A stretch of DNA of 64,000 bases from Tubulanus polymorphus (taxonomy: Eukaryota > Animalia > Nemertea): positions 13,276,655-13,340,654 of the forward strand of contig NC_134033.1 in the NCBI RefSeq assembly GCF_964204645.1, read 5' to 3'. Position 1 is the first letter of the stretch; the number at the start of each line of letters is the position of its first letter. Below, in pieces: positions 55,435 through 64,000 of this stretch. The translations under genes were made by a program, and so were the position numbers. Under the pieces are notes generated by a model. The model did not search any database. It worked only from the letters and a program-made list of their open reading frames with translations, and had not been told where the DNA came from.

Positions 55435-55765
55435 AGGGACCATTCATATGTTAACATGCCCGTTGGGGGGATGTGGATTATGTCTGTTGCGTACAAGTCT
55501 GTGTAGGGAGGGGGGTAAATTATATGTTGTACGTACACCGATATGTCTATTGTACGAGAAATTTCTGAGACCGCAAACTACCGATACGGCACAAAAGCCG
55601 ATACCTCGAAAACTAATAATTACGTTACGATACTGCGCAATACTGATCTGATATCAATCTAAAATGTACCGTGAATCTTCGTAATACGTATGCAGGGGGA
55701 GCTCTAAATGAATGCGCACTCGCGTACAGGGGATTTCATGCATGCATGATAAATGAATGGTCCCT
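55435..55765. mobile_element. MITE family 3-related copy downstream of the glypican stop
   Basis: TIR AGGGACCATTCAT / ATGAATGGTCCCT. Confidence 0.6.
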
Positions 55766-57055
55766 TATGAAGATAAGTCCAAGCCATTTACTCGTTCCAG
55801 TTTAGTTTCCTCAATGTATTCAAATTGTGGACTCTGACTCCCGTACCTCTGTATATTGTCGTCTAGATACTAGTTTGCGATATATCGGTCAGGGGTTTGT
55901 CCAGAGGCTTTATCTTATACGCTGAAACGATAGAACGATAGAAGTTAATGATGCGGTGGCTGAAATCCAAAAAGGCCACAAAATTTTCCCTATTTATATG
56001 GAAATTAGCGGAACGAAGAGAGACTTGTTTTCCTTGAAGTTAAAAGCTAAATTCTGTTTAGATATGTCACTACTATAATAGCTCAAACAGTGCGAACGAG
56101 CGTCGGAAAACCTGAAATGCCAAGTAAAACACTTGCTAGGGATTTTGTTATCGGGAAATTTCTCGGAAACTCTTTCTGGCGTTGTTAGGGTCTGTATTTT
56201 TCGTGTTTTCCCGACGTTCATTTCCTGAAAGCTCGGTGCAAATATTATTGAACAGAACTCGTTTGTTTCGTCGTTCTAGTGTAATGTATAGTTATATATA
56301 TGGTTTAAAAAGATTTTTACGGCATTTATTTGTTTTATTCGGAAACGGTTAACTTTTTGACTACTACGATACGATTGACTCCGCTTGTCACGGGGCCGAT
56401 TGCCTCGCGTAGTCGCGCGAAATTTTAAAAACATTTTCTACCGAAATTCATGCGTGACGCGAACCCGTCGACGCTCCGACTAAGCGGGGTCTACTGCAAA
56501 TGAATTTACGTCTTCAAAGTGCCAGCGGTCACAAGAGGTCACAAGAGGACATACGGTTTCATTAAACGCGAATATTTGCATTGATAACGAAATAAATCAT
56601 GGAAATTACAATGTAGATTAGACATTGTAAAAAATAGATATTTGTATTTCTAACTTGTGCTTATGAATATATTTCAATCGGTGTATTTTGAAAATAAGTG
56701 TTTTGCACAGTATAATGTAGACAAATACATGTAGACTAAATGACACATTTCTTGTCGGTTCAATGCGAGATTTAGTTGTGTAATAGATCTTTGAAATATG
56801 CTTCTCGAATTATGCATCTTGTAGATATATATATATATGATTTCCGGGAGGAAAATATGTTTAACATTTAGAATGTTTTATCAATCGCGGTTGATATGGA
56901 TATGGCTTTTAATTAAATAGGTTCTGTGTTAAAGTTATAAACATTTTTTGCGGATATCTCGAGATGCAAGTGTTCATTGAATATGAAAACCAGTTGTTGT
57001 CCAGTCGTGACGATCGTTAACTTCATTAACCCCGACCCTCTTACTTCAGTCGATG

Positions 57056-57227
57056 CGGTCGAACCTCGATAGTACGATCTTAATCGTCGTTTTAACCAAA
57101 TTTCGTATTATATACAAAAACCGACTAAGCTTTACTACTATTTTACTACCGTTAAAGAATGGCAGGGAATCCTTATAAATAATCGTTCGTAGTTTTCATT
57201 AGGAATCGTACTAACCAGGTTCGACCG
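57056..57227. mobile_element. pogo/Tigger-like MITE
   Basis: TIR CGGTCGAACCTCGATAGTACGATTC / GAATCGTACTAACCAGGTTCGACCG. Confidence 0.6.
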
Positions 57228-57647
57228 AGTGGATGTAATTCTATATTAAATTGTTGATATTATTTATTTATTGTGTATGCTAGTATAAAAATACATGATT
57301 ATTAGTTTCTGTTTCGTATAGGATGTCATTATTTAAGCACATTATTGTAGTAGTGTTGGTCGAGAACTACGTTTGCTCTTCACTCAGACACTACGTTGTA
57401 TGTTATATGTTTCGGGGCCCTGTTGCACATTTTGCGGCCCGAGTTGTCTTTAAATCGTGAGACTGGTGTTAAGTAGCAAACTGGTCTTAAATCGAAGGCA
57501 GGTTTCGATTGGTCTCTACCAATTCCAGGACCCAGTTATACAATTCTGTGTTCAGATTTGACTCATCGGAAATGAACTGATTTTAACTCAGAGATGACTT
57601 CTATCGCGGCTGGGTCCTGAATATTGGTTTCAACGTGAAATGCTCTA

Positions 57648-58026
57648 CAGGGTCCCTACTACTCCTTGATTCCTAGAAAACTCCTCAACAAAAAATGCTT
57701 TTGAAGGTGTTTGAAGCTCCTTTTATTTGAGCAAAATGTTAGAAACTCCTAAAAAACTCGTTTAATTTTGAGAAATAGGCAACTATTTTTAGAAATAGTT
57801 CAGTAGACTGACTACCCCTAAATCGGTACAGATGGAACCAAGTTAAGGTAGTTTAAAGGATAAAAATATGTTAACAGAACCATAATATTAAGGGTTTACC
57901 GAGATAAACAGTACCGATTTAGGAGGAGTCTACTGTAATTGGGATACATGAAAGTAATGCGGACAATTCCTAGAAAATTTATTTCTTTAAAACTGATCCA
58001 GGAATGACTGATGTGTAGGGACCCTG
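57648..58026. mobile_element. MITE family 2 copy 3 (intact)
   Basis: Perfect 12-bp TIR CAGGGTCCCTAC / GTAGGGACCCTG, flanked by CTCTA on both sides. Confidence 0.85.
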
Positions 58027-59716
58027 CTCTACCTATTCCAAATAACGTAATATTGATGCAGCGGGTAGAAAGAATTGGTAATCTGTAATATCTATTCCTA
58101 AACATGAGCGGAATTGAAATCTGCCTCAACCAGCCGGTGGTGGTCAGGTCACACGTGTAAATCTTGTGTCGAAACACATACGGTATTTCGATTATACCTC
58201 AAACGAACAATCCATAGTTGAACATGAAAAACATTTACAATTTTTATCGATGCCCTGTATGCAAAATCTCTGACCTCGCGTACTTATTGTACCGTCATCT
58301 CTGCGCTAACAGCGTCGTTAGACGACGACGCGCTCTATAAGTAATGTTCGAATCATGAAATTTATATTTATTTAAACTGTACGTTTATTCGTAGATGAAT
58401 GAAATTATATTTCGATGTTGCTCATGTTGGACGGTCCCGATGCACCGGGTCGATTACTGTAGTCGTTAGTGTGCAGGAAGTCCTCGTTATCCTATACTTA
58501 AACTGTCGATGTTGTTGCGTATATTTTTTTCTCTCGCGCTTGGCATACATACTGGACCGGGCCAGTTAGTAAGGAAATTACTGTTTTTTGTTGAGGTAGT
58601 GTGATAAATTAATTTTATGACCCATTTTAACAGGGTAATGAAGTGAAAAAAAGATATCTCATAACAAAATGTAGAAAACAGTTAGTAGTTTTGTGGACCA
58701 CTCCTCTTTAGGTCAACAATTCTATGTATTTCATGAATCTCTAATGTATTTAATTGATGTGAAACTGTACTTATTGTTTATTAGTGCAGGACACTGATTT
58801 CTGAATCAAAGTAACAAGCGATTTTACTATCAAATTTTCCGAAATAAAAATTCAAATACATGTTTGAAGTAGTGCGTCATTTGGTTTTCGAATGTACAAT
58901 CAATGTGAAAAAGCTGTTTGGGTTACATTTCCTTTTTTGGGAAATAAAATTGAATATTTAAATACTCATTTAAAGCATAATGTACATTAAGGATATTTTA
59001 TTTCAATAAAGTTTATATGAAATGAATCATATCCGTCTGTGTGTGTAACACTGATTCGGGCATTTCCTGGGATACCCGGCGGTTATCAGGAGGCGACACG
59101 TTCTCACCTGTACAACAGTAAGGCATGAGAGACCTTCAGGTTGTTTATAACCTTGAGGTACCATCGTGACTATTTTTATCAGCGCAACCTTCTCAAGCGA
59201 TCGTTCTCCGACCTATTCACACTACATCGTTTGTAGCAGGTATACATTACTAACAGCGACGGTATTGCTACATTTTGGAAAACAATCGTTACAGCCTCGA
59301 AACGCGTTTACTTCAAACCAAGACGTTATGAAAAGTGCTGCATTACAGTCGTTTATAATGAAATTGAAGTAAATTCGCTGCAGCAATGCATTAGAACCCC
59401 TCAAAAATTGCTTCCATCGCGGCTGTTGGTCCGAGTTTGTCCACTTAGTAAATGAATGGAGTCGGCAAAATCATTTTGGTTTATTTTTTCTGAATAAGTC
59501 GAAGGTCCGAGTTGGCCATGTCCCAGTCAGGCGTCGTTTACAATACAAGACGCAAACTATGGTTAAATTGAGAATATTTATTTACAAAAAAGATAACGTA
59601 CAGACAGAAACGATCATATTTCACATCTAATCAGCATCAGAGATTTCTTTCGATCCATCCCCATCTAACAGTGAGTAGTTGTAGTCCCTGCTGAAACCCT
59701 TGTCTCAACGCATAGG

Positions 59717-62268
59717 CTATCTCATGAATACATCCGTATTCCGAAAGCTGGAATTATCCCTAAAATACAAAATATCAAACAGTCAATTGCTGTTCATCCT
59801 CATCGCTCGGGACCCAGTTTAAGTGATTTACTTAGATATCAGATTATCAGGTTCTAAAAAATTTACTATACTTCTGCCTGCCGTAAAAAGATATTTGAAA
59901 GCATTCCCAAACCAGGCATCAACATCATTAGAGATCAAAGACAGTCAGCGCCTTAGGTTCTTAAAATAACAGGGACTACGCTGGTCAGTCTATTCCATGT
60001 ATCTGCCAATAAGGCATGGGATACAAGCATCTGAACAAAATATTTGGCCTTACTGGATTGACTTCAATGTTTTCAGCAGTTTGTCATATATTTCACTGAC
60101 CACATTATTATCCAAAACCTCATTACAATTGGACAACAGGTCATTGTATTTTCATAGGGAAGAAGTGAAAATGCAGTTAGTACAAGACTTAAGATTAAAT
60201 TTCTAAAAATTCAAAGGGAATAATATTATACTTAAATATGAAATCTAAACAATTTCACTGGGGACGGATGATTAACCGACTATTTGAATTAGAACAGATA
60301 CAGGCTACGTACTTGATACTGTCAGTGTGTGTTTTGTATTCCATGATTGTATTTGGTGGAAGATTCAGTACTCGTTTTAACGTGTCTCTGATCCGTGAAG
60401 TTGTCTGATGATCGTAAGCCGTTTTATTCCATAATGACAAAATATCCTCCTACAAAACATACAAATAGATTGCATCAATACGCATTCTGTAATATGTATG
60501 ACGATATAGTAGACTACGTTTACCCCGGAGTCCATCGCCTCGGTTTATCACATGCTCCTCCAGACAATATAATACCGGTATTTCAAATGTTCCGACTCAA
60601 GTTCATCGTGATAATGACCCATCCCTGCTCCGAATGCCCCGGAACTGTCCCTGGATGTGGGAGAAGATTTATTGCTTCCATCAGATCCCAGGTAAACAGA
60701 GTCTACTGTCGTATGAAATATCGCTTACGAATGAACAAAATTCAGTTAGAAATTTGTGTTCAGTTGTATCCCTTATATACCTGATATCTAATAGAAATAA
60801 CGGCGCCGCAGATCTCTTCGCCGACCATAAACTGTTCACCGAGCATGGCGAGGATCAAATTCTCCCAACAACGAGAAGCCAAACCCTTCTTCAAACGTAC
60901 GATCCATTTACCACCGGCTTTATTAGCGGAATCCTAAAAACCAAACCGATAAATAGCTTTATGATCGAACCCGCGTTTTTACTCCTAGCAACCATAGTCA
61001 GGCGCAGGAAAACTGTGTTAGCGTGCTTAGTGGCTAATCCGTCGTCATTAGCACTAACCACCATTAGCACTAACGGGTATTTTTCTGCGCCCATTATCAG
61101 AGTTCGACCTTACCTATCCTGTACAGGGATTTTCTAGGAACTTACAATTTACCGAAAAAAGCCCTAATTCTTTATCGCTGGAAAGGTTTACATTTTCCTA
61201 ATAATGGCTTACACAAAATTTCCTCAAAATATATTAAAACACGCTTACTTCCCACATCGGTCGGATTCCCTCTTTGAATAGATGATAATCACTGTGTCCT
61301 GATAGGTCACTCGGACGCACGATGTGGCAGTAATGATCCCAGAACTGCTCAACCTGAAAACAAGCAGTAAATCAGTGATAATCAATTACTAAATTACTTA
61401 ATCAAGGTTATCATCAAAATATGTCTCCAAGTTTCGGATTTCGTTAAAAAACTGGACAAACTGTAGGGATCTTATTCTGTATGGAAAAAAAACAGGGTAT
61501 ACAGGTGCTTTAAATTCATAGGCCCTAAATGGTTTTCTATCTGCGCCAATCAGCTGTAAGATTAATGAAGAACTTACTGAGGCAAATGTACAAACAACTT
61601 TCAGATTCTGATCATAACTTAAAGACTGTTTGCCGGGAGCTCTTCTCGAAAACCAAAAACTATAGTTGAACTGTAACGGATGTTCACCCGGTCCCGGTGT
61701 CGTAACCGGCTGTAAGTAACATCGAAATGATTATCTTAACATAATAACAGGTCTTTCAACTTGTAATGTACAATCTACGAAATCATTAAACATTTACCCG
61801 TATGGCTTCTTTTCTGTCACCTTCATCTTCACTGTCTTCAGCTTTCAATCTATAAAATATTATAACAAAGACAGTTCAAATACAACTTAGCTTAATTCAG
61901 TCAGTTCCAAAGAAACCACAAGTAATTGACGCTCTATGGGGACCTCACCTCAGCATCAACATCAATATGGTATATATCATACTGTCACAAATTGTTGCTG
62001 ACAATGTCAGTGGGTGGAAAGAAAATACAGCCAGGAGTTCCAACACACCCTCCCTCGAGACTATACCAATTCGACTTCCGTGGATAATGGAAAAGGGGCA
62101 TAACATCCACACTACTTGAGTCCATCATGTCAATGCTAGTTCGTTCCTATTTTCTTAATTTCCGATACCCCTTGGAGTATGGGGTCTACGATTCCTCCGC
62201 CTGCTTTTGAACAAGAACGTGATGTTGGGATCTACTAAGAATACTTACGCATCAAACTTGTTATTCAT
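59717..62268 (-). CDS. EIF4E2: Eukaryotic translation initiation factor 4E type 2 (4EHP), 213 aa
   Basis: Exons 62268-62249, 61849-61798, 61709-61578, 61353-61249, 60933-60781, 60449-60313, 59759-59717. Starts MNNKFDALK; GEHPLQFNYSFWFSRR, VEQFW, DYHLFKEGIRPMWED, GGKWIVRLKKGLASRCWENLILAMLGEQFMVGEEICGAV, RIRDTLKRVLNLPPNTIMEYKTHTDSIKDNSSFRNT. Upstream exon donor at 62698. Confidence 0.97.
60492..60765 (-). ncRNA. Candidate intronic H/ACA-like structured RNA (EIF4E2 intron 6)
   Basis: Long-range stem AGTAGACT/AGTCTACT plus GTTTACCTGGGA/TCCGGGGTAAAC, closing just before ACA-tat. Confidence 0.35.
60957..61202 (-). ncRNA. Candidate intronic structured RNA (EIF4E2 intron 5)
   Basis: Hairpin, AGAAAA (H-box pattern), strong hairpin GGCGCAGAAAA..TTTTCCTGCGCC inside TCGAAC/GTTCGA, then AUA. 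Confidence 0.35.
61990..62219 (-). ncRNA. Candidate intronic H/ACA-like RNA (EIF4E2 intron 2)
   Basis: Hairpin, AGAAAA, long branched hairpin closed by GCATTGACA/TGTCAGC, then ACA-att. Confidence 0.35.
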
Positions 62269-63905
62269 GTTTCCGACAAATAAACCTTTCCAAAATATTC
62301 CTACAAACAATGGTAAAATGTGAACAAATATGTGTAAATTGTTGAATTAAACCTCTGGTAAATAAAAATACAATTGAATTTGAATTGATCACTCAGTTTA
62401 TGATGAAAAAGCCGAGTTGAGCGATTACCGGAGGAGAAAATATCGATATATGATACATCAATGGAAAGTTTATAACCTAAACTTACCAAAAATAAGTTTA
62501 TTCAGTAATCCCTAGGATTAAATAACACACTCTATAGGAAAATAAAATAGGGATCTCGTTTTGTGTATAATAAAGAAAATTTGAATTTGATTCGTACTCA
62601 TTTATTCTGCAGAGTTCTCAGAACTGCCATGTCAGGTGTCAGCGCCGCGTCAGGTCTCAAATACACAACTCTTTTAAGCGAAACGTAACGGAACTTACGA
62701 ACCATGATCTTTTTATGATTTGAAAATTATGTTCATTTTGTTGGCATAGAGATTCTCTAATATTTATTCATTTTACAAAATGCAATCTTTTTTCTCTATT
62801 CAAATTAAATAAAAGAAGACTGATGACACTTCAATCAGAATTTTTCACTATTCGAAGCCGCCGGCGCATGCCAAGCTGTATATCTTTTTTTATCGTGGAT
62901 TCTTAAAAAGGAATAAGAGTCCATGGTTTCATTCCACAATTCGGGTTACTTAGGAAAGAGAATAGAAAGTGATCCAAACGAAACCTGGGTCGGGTAACAT
63001 TTAGAATCCAAGTGGCGGAAAAGTCACAATTACTTGGAAATATCGCGTACAATAAAAACGAAAAATCGGACATATATTTCGAAAGTCTTATGTAAAGCCG
63101 AATGCTCCACATTCCAAATCAGTCCACATTGCGTTGTTGGTTCAAAAGAAAACGAAAAATTAAACATCAACTCAGCCTTAAACGTGCATTCTAGAAAGAA
63201 TTGGATTTATAAGTCTAGTATAGTCGCAATCTTCAGTCCACGGCATACTGCCGTCCAAGCTAACTTTTCCGACCCAATTATAGCCTACCCAATACAATTA
63301 ATACATTTGCCAGCAGAACACAATACTAATCAATGAAGTGTGTTCAGTCTTAATACTTTGTGTTGGCACCAATGATACTTCGTGAGTTGACAGTTGTGCT
63401 CAATATTGATACAAACTATTACAATGATATCGCGTTCGATACTAGCTGATACAATAATAGCGGCTCGTAGTTGAAGTTATTATTGATCCAGGCATATTGG
63501 AGGATCCCTGCAGAGAGCAACTACTTTTACGTAAAAATCAAAAACCCTCGAACTACAACTAAATTACGCACTGAGGCCGTATAGAACACTTTGTATTTGC
63601 CGCCTACGAGTAGTTGATCTCATTGGTGGAAATTCGAGCAGCCACAGCGAATCGTATATCGGCGTAACATTTACCTCTGAAGGAAAGCAATTATCTACAA
63701 CACTGACAATGACGATGACTGACATGTAATGGAATACGTAGAATTCTAATGGCGTTCAGATGATCGTGATGATGTGAAAATGAATTCGATGAAAGATGTT
63801 TAGATTTCATTTCTGAGTTCCGTAAGATAGCTTGGTTCGTGCTAGTGAAATTACGCTAGGATAGTTAAGTGTCTGTGTTTAACTGGTTAGGCTAGATCAG
63901 AAAAG

Positions 63906-64000
63906 ATGCAGCCGTGGAAGACGATCAAACCTCGATGGATGATGCTGAATATCATCTTGATGATGGTCATGCTGGAATCTGGAGCTGTTTTAGGAGATAG
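63906..64000 (+). CDS. Possible N-terminus of a secreted or membrane protein, truncated by the window edge
   Basis: MQPWKTIKPRWMMLNIILMMVMLESGAVLGD: basic n-region, hydrophobic h-region, small residues; divergent from EIF4E2. Confidence 0.35.
   Translation, partial: MQPWKTIKPRWMMLNIILMMVMLESGAVLGD

Noticed and set aside
60395-61137. Plus-strand ORFs of 129 and 167 aa
   Set aside because: Antisense to EIF4E2 exons and introns; no recognisable protein.
62249-62705. MVRIFWKGLFVGN first suggested a dual-specificity phosphatase N-terminus
   Set aside because: Downstream exons are unambiguous eIF4E2; no phosphatase motif.

Overview
AT-rich, intron-containing invertebrate (metazoan) genomic DNA; the ORF track mostly shows single exons or antisense noise. 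Splicing exons by hand (GT-AG, phase-checked) gives four genes. (A) A minus-strand gene, 13676 down to at least 5590, encoding at least 1005 aa. (B) A plus-strand gene, 15365-42154, encoding about 1870 aa. A and B are head-to-head paralogs of a receptor-like family I do not recognise: signal peptide, small ectodomain, TM1, cytoplasmic loop with an RVxF motif, an internal signal-peptide-like segment, EGF, Ca-binding EGF, two TNFR Cys repeats and a Cys-rich domain. Only B continues into a 5-TM module with two helical loops and a C-terminal PDZ ligand (ESQV). B also has candidate 3- and 6-nt micro-exons. (C) A GPC4/6-type glypican, 47952-55190. (D) eIF4E2/4EHP on the minus strand, 62268-59717, whose introns hold H/ACA-like structured elements. 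Also present: several MITE families (Harbinger-type TWA TSD; CA..TG elements with 5-bp TSD), a Penelope-like remnant with a hammerhead-ribozyme core, and possibly the start of a secreted protein at the right edge.
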